This document shows positions 29,664 through 39,275 of a DNA stretch of 64,000 bases, in pieces. A model generated the notes under the pieces. The model saw only the letters and a program-made list of their open reading frames with translations. It was not told the origin of the DNA and did not search any database. The stretch spans positions 38,263-102,262 of the forward strand of contig JBFXLE010000013.1 of NCBI GenBank assembly GCA_050173015.1. The letters are read 5' to 3'. The translations under genes were made by a program, and so were the position numbers. This stretch comes from Calditrichaceae bacterium (GTDB taxonomy: Bacteria; Calditrichota; Calditrichia; Calditrichales; JBFXGD01). The number at the start of each line of letters is the position of its first letter. Position 1 is the stretch's first letter.

Positions 29664-29954
29664 GAAGTAGGAAGTAAGAAGTAGGAAGTTTAAGAAAAAA
29701 GATAAAAGAAAAAAGATGAAAAACGGTCTGAACTCGGATTAAAATGATTAAATGATTTGGATGATTAAGAAATTGGAAATCAGAGTTTTCATTTAATCAG
29801 GCGAATCATAGTTCAGACAAAGAAGTAGGAAGTAAGAAGTAAGAAGTAGGAAGTAAGAAGTAAGAAGTAAGAAGTAAGAATGAAAGAGCGTTAAGTGAAA
29901 AGGGTTAAGAGTAGGCGCACGATGCTCGTGCCCTATGTAGGAAGTAAGAAGTGG
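29657..29954 (+). repeat. GAAGTAR heptamer tracts flanking a 93-bp element with terminal inverted repeats (copy 1)
   Basis: Heptamers at 29657-29689 and 29822-29877 (8 units); element 29726-29818 bounded by GTCTGAACT/AGTTCAGAC; second copy at 63836-63928. Confidence 0.85.
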
Positions 29955-30167
29955 GTAAAGTTATTGGAAAAGCGTTAACGCGGGAGAGAAAACAGGGAAA
30001 TATTTGGCGATCCTACGGCAAATACCGGCAAAATAATCATTGTTGGAATTTGGCGTGAAACCAACAGAAGATTGCCCGAAGCCGCTTCTGCGTGGACATT
30101 TTTGAACTTCATATAATTATTGTAGAGGACAAGAACAGCATTTTTGAAACAGGGTAGATAAAACAGA

Positions 30168-30713
30168 ATGACAGAACTTAGAAAGAAACTCAGTTATGAT
30201 GAGATTTTTAGCAGACATCCGAACCTGGAGGAGCTGAAATCACTGGACCGGCTGCCGATTTACGCGCTGATCGAAAATATTCGCAGTATGCATAATGTTG
30301 GCAGTATCTTCAGGACCAGTGACGGCGTGAGACTACAAAAACTTTTTTTAACCGGGTACACCGCGAGGCCTCCGCGCCAGGAAATCGACAAGACCGCGCT
30401 GGGAGCTACGGACAGCGTTCCCTGGGAATATCATAAAGATCCGCTTCCATTGATAGAGAGTTTGAAAAATCAGGGTATTAAGATTGTTGTAGTTGAACAC
30501 ACATCGGATTGCGTTTCCTATACGGAACCCGTATTTGATTATCCTCTGTGTCTGATCATGGGAAATGAAGTTGAAGGTGTTTCTGAACCGCTTATCCGAT
30601 CAGCGGATTATGCCGTGGAAATTCCGATGCTCGGCATGAAACAGTCATTAAATGTCTCTGTGGCTTACGGCATTGTTTTGTATCATATACTCTCTAAGTA
30701 CTTGAAAAAGTAG
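30168..30713 (+). CDS. TrmH/SpoU-family RNA methyltransferase
   Basis: ENIRSMHNVGSIFRT, GNEVEGVS, IPMLGMKQSLNVSVA. Confidence 0.93.
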   Translation: MTELRKKLSYDEIFSRHPNLEELKSLDRLPIYALIENIRSMHNVGSIFRTSDGVRLQKLFLTGYTARPPRQEIDKTALGATDSVPWEYHKDPLPLIESLKNQGIKIVVVEHTSDCVSYTEPVFDYPLCLIMGNEVEGVSEPLIRSADYAVEIPMLGMKQSLNVSVAYGIVLYHILSKYLKK

Positions 30714-30722
30714 GTTATTAAC

Positions 30723-30751
30723 TTGACATAAAATACGATTGCGGGTATATT
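30723..30751 (+). promoter_or_regulatory. sigma70-type promoter of the DUF4388 operon
   Basis: TTGACA-17 bp-TATATT. Confidence 0.65.
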
Positions 30752-30789
30752 CGCATATTAACAATAATATCTCCCCTGAGGTCTTGTGA

Positions 30790-32325
30790 ATGGAAATGCA
30801 AAAGATTTTTATACTGGATAGTGATAAAAACCGAACGGAATTATTGGTTAACCACTTTGAAAAGGATAATTTTAGCGCGTCGGTTCTTACTGGCATCCCG
30901 GAAGCCATGAAACAACTTTCCGAAGAGAAATTTTTAATGATTCTTGTTGATTATGAAGCGATTGTAGCCTCGTCGAGGAAAGATGTAATCTCCTTTTTTA
31001 AACTGCTTTATGATCATAATCTTGTTGTATTTAATGTGCCTGATAATGCAAATCAAAGGCTTGCTTTCTATGAATTGGGCGCAAAACGCGTATTTGATCA
31101 GTCGTTAGAGCTCGATGAAGTGTATCAGAGCCTTCAACTGTTATTAAAAGTTCTTGCAAAAAGTTCGGGCGGAGACATCCTGTATTCCCGGGGGAAATTA
31201 GAGGATATGTCCCTTACGTCGCTCATCAATTCGCTGGGAAAGGAAGGCCGTTCAGGTATTCTTAAAATCGTTACCAAGCACAATAGCGGAAAAATTTATT
31301 TTGTCAACGGTAATATTGATGACGCTCAGGTCGGATTACACTCCGGACAGGATGCGGCACTGCATATGCTGTTTTGGCGTTCGGGTAATTTTTCATTTAC
31401 TTCTTCACAACCGGAGAAAGCATCCGGCAAAGTTAAGTTGAGCAATTTTGGTTTACTTATTCTGGCGGAAAATTTGCGAAAAACTTACCGGTTCAATCTG
31501 GAAGAAATAGGGCCGAAGAATAGCGTCATCCATATCAAGAATAAGGGGGATCTTTTAGCTACACTTAGCGGAAAAGACAAGGCCCTGGTTCAAAAACTGG
31601 AAAGGCCGGTTCTTCTTGAGGAACTCCTGGAAAACTCTGTTTATACATGCTTTTTGACAGTGGAGAGACTTACGGATTTCAAGAGAAAGGGTTTCCTTGA
31701 TGTGAAATTGCCCGCCGGAATAGTTATTGATCAGGTGGATAGGACGGGCGCGGAAAAATCTTCAGGTTTAAAAGAAGCCATATTGAATATAGAAGATGTC
31801 AGCCGGTTAAAAGAAAATCTCGGAATGGATGAACAGCATACGGGGAAACTGGTGATTCCCGGAACAACTTCGGCTGTGAAATCCAGTTTTATACGACAAT
31901 TATCAAACTCGATGAGAACGGAGTATGGAGAAAGTAATCTGGATTTCGCGCATATGCAACTGGCGGCGGATTTGTATCTGATGCTTTTTGGGGTTTCAAT
32001 GGCCCATATGGATTTGGATGCCATCGAAAAACTATCGGAGGGACTGGCCGGATACATATTTTTGATTGATGCCGGGCACGAAGATGATTTCGAACAGGCG
32101 AATGCCGTAATCAATCATTTGATCTCGGTTTATAATGTTCCCTGGATTATGGTAATCACCAATCTTCCGGAAGAGAAAAAACCGGAGGACATTAAATCTC
32201 AGTTTATTCTCCCATTGTCTGCGGTCTGGGTGGAATACAAACCGGAAGAACCGGAAAGTTTAAGACAGATTCTTTTATCATTACGGCCTATCAATAAAAT
32301 CAAGGAAGAAAAGGTAGTGGAATGA
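30790..32325 (+). CDS. REC-like + DUF4388 + degenerate MglA/CvnD-like GTPase fusion
   Basis: GKLEDMSLTSLI...SGIL...GKIYFVNGNIDDA...WRSGNFSF (DUF4388); C-terminal PGTTSAVKSSFI, LDF, LMLFG, GYIFLID. Confidence 0.7.
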   Translation: MEMQKIFILDSDKNRTELLVNHFEKDNFSASVLTGIPEAMKQLSEEKFLMILVDYEAIVASSRKDVISFFKLLYDHNLVVFNVPDNANQRLAFYELGAKRVFDQSLELDEVYQSLQLLLKVLAKSSGGDILYSRGKLEDMSLTSLINSLGKEGRSGILKIVTKHNSGKIYFVNGNIDDAQVGLHSGQDAALHMLFWRSGNFSFTSSQPEKASGKVKLSNFGLLILAENLRKTYRFNLEEIGPKNSVIHIKNKGDLLATLSGKDKALVQKLERPVLLEELLENSVYTCFLTVERLTDFKRKGFLDVKLPAGIVIDQVDRTGAEKSSGLKEAILNIEDVSRLKENLGMDEQHTGKLVIPGTTSAVKSSFIRQLSNSMRTEYGESNLDFAHMQLAADLYLMLFGVSMAHMDLDAIEKLSEGLAGYIFLIDAGHEDDFEQANAVINHLISVYNVPWIMVITNLPEEKKPEDIKSQFILPLSAVWVEYKPEEPESLRQILLSLRPINKIKEEKVVE

Positions 32326-33452
32326 AAGATGTTTTTGTCATAAGCGATAATCAGGAAAATTTTAATTTATTTTATGCCAATTACGGACATTTGCCGATTC
32401 ATTTTTCCTGGGCAGGCGAGATTGATGACGCTTTGACGTATCTAAAAGCGGAAAAGCCGTCATTTTTATTTCTGGTTCTGGATCAGCTGGATTTACTGTT
32501 GGCATGGTCCGGTGAATTGAAAGCCAAATTTCAGGATATCCCCTTGATATGCTTTATTGGGCGGCTTGATAGAGCAGGGAGAAAAAGCGTCCGTGATGCC
32601 GGCGCGAAAGAGATAATACAGCTCCCGATGAACCGGAGTGAGCTTGAAAAAATACTCATTTCGATAATGCATGATGAAACAGAATCAGGCGAAAAGGACG
32701 ATCAGACACAAGGAAGTCTTGAAGATTTTAATCTAATTGATTTGCTCCAGTCCTTTGAAGAAGGCAAAAAAAACGGTGTTTTGATTTTGGAGAACGGACC
32801 GAGAAAGGGTGATATTGAATTCAATAAGGGTAAAGTCGTAAATGCCCGGTTTCAGTCTCGTGAACCACTGGAATCAATCACAATCATGTCGACCTGGTTT
32901 AAGGGGCAGTTTACGGCAAAACTGGATAGTAAGCGGCGTCGTGAACGCGTGAATATGACGACGCAACAGATTACTTTTGAATGTATGAACTATCTCAATC
33001 TTCAGGAACAGCTATTTAGCAATTTGCCGGACAGAAGCGCCAGATTTTATACCGCGCCCGATATGGACTATGAAGATATCGGACCATCGGACCGACAGAT
33101 CCTTTTAACTTTCAAAGACGGATTCACAATTGACGATATTCTGGAAATCTATATCGGAAATACAAATTTACTGTTGGAACGGGTGGATAAATGGATCAGA
33201 AAAAAATGGTTGCTGCGGAAGGCAGATTATGATATTCATCTGAAAGAAATTCGCGATTATGAAAAAATGTCCGGGTTGCAAAAATTTATAAATAAAGTCT
33301 TTACCAGGGTGGATGAGGATGAAAAGAGCGCAAAAAAAGTTAGCCGGAAAGATAAATCAAATGATATTACACAAATCCCCGTTGTAAGGCAGGAGTACCT
33401 TTTTGATAACCGTGAACTTCTCATATCATTCATCATAGCGCTGGAGAATTAG
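32322..33452 (+). CDS. Pseudo-receiver + DUF4388 protein
   Basis: QGSLEDFNLIDLLQSFEEGKKNGVL...GDIEFNKGKVVNA...WFKGQF; ATGA overlap with the upstream gene. Confidence 0.75.
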   Translation: MKDVFVISDNQENFNLFYANYGHLPIHFSWAGEIDDALTYLKAEKPSFLFLVLDQLDLLLAWSGELKAKFQDIPLICFIGRLDRAGRKSVRDAGAKEIIQLPMNRSELEKILISIMHDETESGEKDDQTQGSLEDFNLIDLLQSFEEGKKNGVLILENGPRKGDIEFNKGKVVNARFQSREPLESITIMSTWFKGQFTAKLDSKRRRERVNMTTQQITFECMNYLNLQEQLFSNLPDRSARFYTAPDMDYEDIGPSDRQILLTFKDGFTIDDILEIYIGNTNLLLERVDKWIRKKWLLRKADYDIHLKEIRDYEKMSGLQKFINKVFTRVDEDEKSAKKVSRKDKSNDITQIPVVRQEYLFDNRELLISFIIALEN

Positions 33453-33454
33453 GG

Positions 33455-33943
33455 ATGGTAAATATTTTAGAAATTCCGGTCATTTGTGATGATTCGGCCG
33501 ACGCTTTGGGATTTATTAAAGCCCTGACTGATAAAAAAGAACGTTCGTATAGCGGCTTCCGGCTATTTGAATATGAGTTGGATGAGAACAAAGTGATCTA
33601 TTTATATCTTTTGGATAAAGCCGATAACAACGGCAACATTGAAATCTGGGACCGGATTATTCCAAAATCGCCTTTGGCTCTGTTCTTCTTCCGGACGGCT
33701 GATAAAATTATTAATACGCCATTAGCCGATATATATGATTTTTATTCCAAACGATATGAAACACCGGCTGTTTTTCTGAGTAAAAGGTCGGATAAACAGG
33801 ATGTTACTTTTCAGGATGAAATATTAAGAACGGTTGGGGACAGAGTCTGCTTCTATGATGCTGACAGCGAAGATAGTCTGAAGGAGGCGTTGGTAAGCGC
33901 TCTGCAATCCGTTTTAGATTTTGAAATAAAAGGAGAAGAATAG
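33455..33943 (+). CDS. Hypothetical protein, possibly a degenerate small-GTPase fold
   Basis: Third gene of the operon; alpha/beta pattern parallels the C-terminal domain of 30790-32325. Confidence 0.5.
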   Translation: MVNILEIPVICDDSADALGFIKALTDKKERSYSGFRLFEYELDENKVIYLYLLDKADNNGNIEIWDRIIPKSPLALFFFRTADKIINTPLADIYDFYSKRYETPAVFLSKRSDKQDVTFQDEILRTVGDRVCFYDADSEDSLKEALVSALQSVLDFEIKGEE

Positions 33944-35086
33944 ATGGGTTTTCAGACAGATGCGATCCATGCGGGCCAGGAGCCGGATCCATCAACCGGC
34001 GCGATAATGACGCCGATATATCAGACTTCAACTTATGTTCAGGAGTCCCTGGGTAAGCATAAAGGATATGAATATTCGCGCACAAAAAATCCAACACGCA
34101 GCGCGCTTGAAAAGAATATCGCCGTTCTTGAAAAAGGAAAACACGGTATCGCTTTCGCGTCCGGATTATCAGCCATTTCCGCTCTGATGGGATTGCTGTC
34201 TCAGGGTGATCATGTAGTCTGCACCAGCAATGTTTATGGCGGCACATTCCGGCAATTTGACAAGATTTATACCCGTTATGGTCTGGAGTTCTCCTTTGTT
34301 GACACATCAAATTCAGATCAAATCCGGGCCGCGTTGAGAAAAAACACAAAAATGATTTTTGTAGAAACACCCACTAACCCGATGTTGACACTCACATCAC
34401 TGGATGAAGTGGCGGGAATCGCCAGGGAACACGGATTAATCAGTGTGGTGGATAATACTTTTATGAGCCCGTATTTTCAGAATCCGTTAACTCATGGAAT
34501 TGATATTGTCATTCACAGCACAACCAAGTATCTGAACGGGCACAGTGATATTGTTGGCGGGATTCTGGTCCTTTCTGATAATGAACTGGCCGATAAACTC
34601 TATTTTTTACAAAACGCGGTGGGCGCTGTACCCGGCCCTCAGGATTGTTTCCTCGTACTGCGTTCGACAAAAACACTCGCGCTACGTATGCGCGAACATG
34701 AAAAAAACGCTAACGCGGTCGCGGCTTATCTGGAAAAGAGCCCGAAGGTGGAAAAGGTTTATTATCCCGGTCTTCCGGGACACCCTCAGCATGAACTGGC
34801 CAAAAAACAGATGCGCGGTTTTGGTGGAATGGTATCCTTTGAACTTGGCACGCTCGAAAGGGCAAAGGCTTTTGCCGAATCTGTCAGGATTTTCGCGCTG
34901 GCTGAAAGTCTGGGAGGTGTGGAAAGTCTGGTGGATCATCCCGCGATTATGACCCATGCCTCGGTACCGATAGGGGAACGTTTGAAATTTGGCCTGACGG
35001 ACGGCCTGATCCGGCTTTCGGTTGGAATAGAAGATGAAGAAGATCTTCTTCAGGATATAGAAAACGCATTGAAAGCAGTGAAATAA
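33944..35086 (+). CDS. Cystathionine gamma-synthase/lyase (Cys/Met metabolism PLP enzyme)
   Basis: PIYQTSTY, YSRTKNPTR, ETPTNP, DNTF, HSTTKYLNGHSD, AESLGGVESL, RLSVGIE. Confidence 0.93.
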   Translation: MGFQTDAIHAGQEPDPSTGAIMTPIYQTSTYVQESLGKHKGYEYSRTKNPTRSALEKNIAVLEKGKHGIAFASGLSAISALMGLLSQGDHVVCTSNVYGGTFRQFDKIYTRYGLEFSFVDTSNSDQIRAALRKNTKMIFVETPTNPMLTLTSLDEVAGIAREHGLISVVDNTFMSPYFQNPLTHGIDIVIHSTTKYLNGHSDIVGGILVLSDNELADKLYFLQNAVGAVPGPQDCFLVLRSTKTLALRMREHEKNANAVAAYLEKSPKVEKVYYPGLPGHPQHELAKKQMRGFGGMVSFELGTLERAKAFAESVRIFALAESLGGVESLVDHPAIMTHASVPIGERLKFGLTDGLIRLSVGIEDEEDLLQDIENALKAVK

Positions 35087-35370
35087 TTCACTGCTTTTTT
35101 TTATCCCGCGGAGACCGGATTTATTCCACAGATCATCCCACCTCTTTTTATAAAACGCGATACGGAACAATCACTTTTGTGAAAAATTCTGATCCGCTTC
35201 AGGGTCAGAAGAATAAATCGGCTACAGGAACTGTTTTACATAATGGGTAAAGCGCGGGATTACAAGATTATGCCGAATGGGAACTAAAATGTGACCGGTG
35301 TCTTACAAATGATATAAATAAATACGTATATTTATCTCATAACACAGCTTAACAAGTCGAGTATTGGTGT

Positions 35371-37605
35371 ATGATAAAGAAATTACTAATCCGGATATTT
35401 CCTCTCCTGCTGATTCTCGTGACGAACGTATCTCACGGAGAGATTAACAACAGTGATGATGTAATCCGGGTAAGCAATATTTATCAGGTTGCCGACAGCC
35501 TCTTTAACCGGGCAGAATACAGCCGCGCTCTGGATGTGTATCTTGAAGCCCGTTCAAAAGCCCCAAATCGATTCAATGTTCAAACTGAATTTAAAATTGC
35601 CTATTCTTTTTATAAAACGGAAAAATACGCGACTTCCGCGGCAATGTTCAGGAATTTACTGGATGAATACAGGTTTCTGAATGAATACTGCCATTATTTT
35701 TATATCAAGAGTTTATGGGAATCAGATCGCGTTCAGGCGGTAAAAGAAAGCAAACTTTTTGTTGATAAATACGCCCGGCATTCCCTATCCGATTCACTGC
35801 TGATTGTTCTCTCGGATGAACTTTTTGATATGAAGGTTTACAAGGAAGCGCATAAATATTATTCCGAATCGATGAATCGTAATATTAATATGGCCGACCC
35901 GGCATATCTTCGGATCCGGTCCGCGATGTCATTATATTTTGACGGCAAAAAATCAATGGCGTTGAAGGAATTCAATCAGATTCTCGCTAAATACCAGTCA
36001 TCACCGGCGGCGAGGGAATTGGCTGAATGGCTTGAAGAAAATGAAACCGCATTTTACCGAGAGCAGTTTTTTGATGTTGTTGATATTTATTTCGGAAATC
36101 AAAAGTACAGCCGCCTGCGGGTGATGCTCGAAAACTATATCAAGACTGAATCAGACGAACCCAACAAGGAAAAAGCCAGATATTATCTTATAAAATTATA
36201 CTATGCGGAAGGTAAATATCAGACCGCCCTTTATGGTTTTAAAGATCAACTAAATATGCTGAAAAACAAAAATCTGGAGCCCTATATACGTCTTTATATC
36301 GCCCGGATTTATTATAAGCAGGGAAAGAAGCAGGATGCCATTGACGCTTATGAAGATTATGCGCGCCGCTATCCGAGAAGACGTAACGCGGCTGAGTCCG
36401 TCTGGAAGGCCGCATGGATTTATGAAGAATTACACGAGATGGAGAAAGCGGTGGTTCTCTATCGTGAAGTCAGAACACGCTGGCCGAGAAGTGAATTCGC
36501 GAAGGAGGCGAGTTTCAGGGAAGGATTTACCTATTACCGGTTGGGCAGGCATCCGGAAGCGGATGCGGTATTTACCGATATCAGGTATAAAAGATGGCCC
36601 GATCTGCACACAAACCGCGCCCGGTACTGGTCATCACTATGTATGGACGCGGCAGGAGACAGCGTTTCGGCGAACAGATTAAGATTGTCCCTGGCAAAAA
36701 ATATGTGGGATGATTACTACACGATGAAAAGTTATCTGATGCAGAAATCATACATTGATTCAAACTGGAGTATGGTTAAGGAATTTAAGAACACGCCAAA
36801 CCCGCTGCAATATTACGCGAACGGCTTCGCGAATTTTATAGATCAGTTCGAAAACGCGTTTGTTGTGAGAGAATTGCTCGGAGATGAATATGCCTACGCG
36901 GCTTTGTCCGACATTAAACTGTCTGCAAAGACGAGAGAAGAATGGATCGCTTTGGCTGAGATTTACAAAAAGCTGGGAGCATATGGAAAAGCGTATCGCG
37001 TGTATGATTATATCAATAAAAAATTTTTTGGCGACGTCTCTTTTGTTGAAAAATCCTTTATGCTGAAAGAGCGTTTCCCGTTTTATTATGACAATATTGT
37101 TGATAAGTACGCTCACCGATATGGTCTTGAAAAGGAAATGCTGCTCTCTGTTATGAAGCAGGAAAGCGTGTTCGAATCAAACGTACGGTCACGGGCGAAC
37201 GCTTACGGATTAATGCAGCTGATGCCGTTTACCGCAAAGGATATGGCCCGGTTGGCAGGTGTGAAGTATCATTCCACAGAGCAATTATTTGATCCGGAAT
37301 ACAATATTCATCTTGGTTCACTTTATGTCAAACAGTTGTTTCGCCAGTTTGACGGAAGGCCTGAGCTCGTTCTGGCAGCCTATAATGCCGGGCCGAACCG
37401 GGCTAAGCGCTGGATGAAAATAGACGGATCAGATCAAATGGATGTATTCATAGAAAATATTGAATTTTATGAAACACGGGATTATGTCCGGAAAGTCATG
37501 AAAAATTACTGGGCGTATAAGTTGCTGAATAATAATTTTAGAATTGAACAGGAAACAAGCTATCTGGGCTATTCGGAAAGCGGTCCCGTTTCACCTTTCA
37601 AATGA
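35371..37605 (+). CDS. Slt-like lytic transglycosylase with TPR region
   Basis: Signal peptide; TPRs; MKQES, AYGLMQLMP, LAAYNAGP, ETRDYVRKV. Confidence 0.92.
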   Translation: MIKKLLIRIFPLLLILVTNVSHGEINNSDDVIRVSNIYQVADSLFNRAEYSRALDVYLEARSKAPNRFNVQTEFKIAYSFYKTEKYATSAAMFRNLLDEYRFLNEYCHYFYIKSLWESDRVQAVKESKLFVDKYARHSLSDSLLIVLSDELFDMKVYKEAHKYYSESMNRNINMADPAYLRIRSAMSLYFDGKKSMALKEFNQILAKYQSSPAARELAEWLEENETAFYREQFFDVVDIYFGNQKYSRLRVMLENYIKTESDEPNKEKARYYLIKLYYAEGKYQTALYGFKDQLNMLKNKNLEPYIRLYIARIYYKQGKKQDAIDAYEDYARRYPRRRNAAESVWKAAWIYEELHEMEKAVVLYREVRTRWPRSEFAKEASFREGFTYYRLGRHPEADAVFTDIRYKRWPDLHTNRARYWSSLCMDAAGDSVSANRLRLSLAKNMWDDYYTMKSYLMQKSYIDSNWSMVKEFKNTPNPLQYYANGFANFIDQFENAFVVRELLGDEYAYAALSDIKLSAKTREEWIALAEIYKKLGAYGKAYRVYDYINKKFFGDVSFVEKSFMLKERFPFYYDNIVDKYAHRYGLEKEMLLSVMKQESVFESNVRSRANAYGLMQLMPFTAKDMARLAGVKYHSTEQLFDPEYNIHLGSLYVKQLFRQFDGRPELVLAAYNAGPNRAKRWMKIDGSDQMDVFIENIEFYETRDYVRKVMKNYWAYKLLNNNFRIEQETSYLGYSESGPVSPFK

Positions 37606-38339
37606 TTCTCCCCGGATTCAATTTTATTTAAAACGCGAAATAGATGGTATGGCAGGTGTGGTAATATCCAGGATGCTATCCGCCAGCGTTTCGAAATATA
37701 AACGATTCTTTTTCTCTTCCTAATCGACTTAATGATCTGACGCGCGGCTTTGTCAACCGGTACAAGCCAGAAGGCATTCTTCAGCCCGGCGATCATCGGT
37801 GTATCGACAAATCCCGGTCTAATATCCGAGACAAACACCGAATGCTTCTCAAGACGAAGGCTCAATCCTTCCATATAGGTGGATATAAATGCTTTAGACG
37901 CGTTGTAGGCGAGACTGCCCGGATTTCCAAAATATTTTGCCACGGATGAGATTCCCGCGAGATGGCCGCTTTTTTGATGTATAAAATATTTCGCGGCAAA
38001 ATTCGCGGCCGCCACAAATCCGTTCACATTGGTCCGGATAATATCTTCTTCAACTGAGAATTCAAGGTCTCTGTTTTTGCTGCTGAAAGCGGCCGATATG
38101 ATGCAGATATCCATGCCTCCGGTTTTGGAAATAAGAGACGCGCAGACAGGAGCGACGGTGTCGTAATCGATCATATCAAGCGCGGCGCCGAAGAATTTTC
38201 CCTTCCATTCTTTCTCCATATTGTTAAGAATTTGTTTACGCCGGCCGGTTCCGCCAACCATATATCCCATTTTAAGATACTGGCGGGCGAGTTCGAATCC
38301 GATCCCGGAGGTGCATCCGATGATAATCACTTTTTTCAT
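37569..38339 (-). CDS. SDR-family oxidoreductase
   Basis: IIGCTSGIG, ISS, YNASK, IRPGFVDTPM. Confidence 0.92.
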   Translation of the reverse strand: MKKVIIIGCTSGIGFELARQYLKMGYMVGGTGRRKQILNNMEKEWKGKFFGAALDMIDYDTVAPVCASLISKTGGMDICIISAAFSSKNRDLEFSVEEDIIRTNVNGFVAAANFAAKYFIHQKSGHLAGISSVAKYFGNPGSLAYNASKAFISTYMEGLSLRLEKHSVFVSDIRPGFVDTPMIAGLKNAFWLVPVDKAARQIIKSIRKRKRIVYISKRWRIASWILPHLPYHLFRVLNKIESGENHLKGETGPLSE

Positions 38340-38435
38340 TTATAATTTGTTCTTTCCTTTGATGACCGAGGTCAGTAAGTTGTTAAAAATAATTGTGATC
38401 AGTGAAATATACAAGTCAATTTGCAGATTTAGAAT

Positions 38436-39275
38436 ATGACTGCTAAAACAACAGTGCCTGAGGAAAACGGAGTCCCGTCTCAAAACACGAAGATTCAAAT
38501 CGGCACATCCGGTTACAGCTATGATGACTGGCGCGGACTCTTTTATCCGGATGGAATACAAAAAAAAGACATGCTCGAGTATTACACCAAGTATTTTAAT
38601 ACGGTCGAGATCAACGCGACGTATTACGCGATCCCCTCTGCTGATGTCTTTAGAAGAATGGCTGAAAAGACGCCGGGGCAGTTTGAATTCATTGTCAAAA
38701 CCCATCAGGAAACAACCCATCGCAGAGTGGAGAATGAATCGACTTTCAAAATACTGGCGGAGGCCGTTCAGCCGCTCATCGAATCGGGCAAATTCCGCGG
38801 ATTTTTGGCTCAATTTCCGTATTCGTTCAAAAACAACGAAGCCGGTCGGAAATATCTGATCGAGACGAGAAAATACGCGGGAAAATTTCCATTGTTTGCC
38901 GAATTCAGACATTCATCATGGAATAAACCGCAACTCGTCCCATTCATGAAAAATCATGGTATCGGTTATGTCAATGTGGATGAGCCGGCGCTGGCTGGAT
39001 TGATGCCGGTCCAGGACATCGCCACGGCGGAAACAGGGTATATCCGTTTTCATGGCCGTAATAAGGAAAACTGGTGGATCGGTCAGGGATCCGCGCGGTA
39101 TGACTATGAATATAAGGAAGAAGAGCTAAAGCAATGGCTGATTCACATCAGTAATCTGATGAAAAAAACCTATAAAACATATATTTTTTTTAATAATCAC
39201 CCCAATGGAAAAGCAGTTAAAAACGCCCGCCAGATGATGTCGCTGATTGATAAAATGCAGCAAAAGCTTTTATGA
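38436..39275 (+). CDS. DUF72 (YecE-family) TIM-barrel protein
   Basis: IGTSGYSYDDW, FNTVEINATYY, QFPYSF, EFRHSSW, VDEP, YIRFHGRN, RYDYEY, FFNNH. Confidence 0.93.
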   Translation: MTAKTTVPEENGVPSQNTKIQIGTSGYSYDDWRGLFYPDGIQKKDMLEYYTKYFNTVEINATYYAIPSADVFRRMAEKTPGQFEFIVKTHQETTHRRVENESTFKILAEAVQPLIESGKFRGFLAQFPYSFKNNEAGRKYLIETRKYAGKFPLFAEFRHSSWNKPQLVPFMKNHGIGYVNVDEPALAGLMPVQDIATAETGYIRFHGRNKENWWIGQGSARYDYEYKEEELKQWLIHISNLMKKTYKTYIFFNNHPNGKAVKNARQMMSLIDKMQQKLL

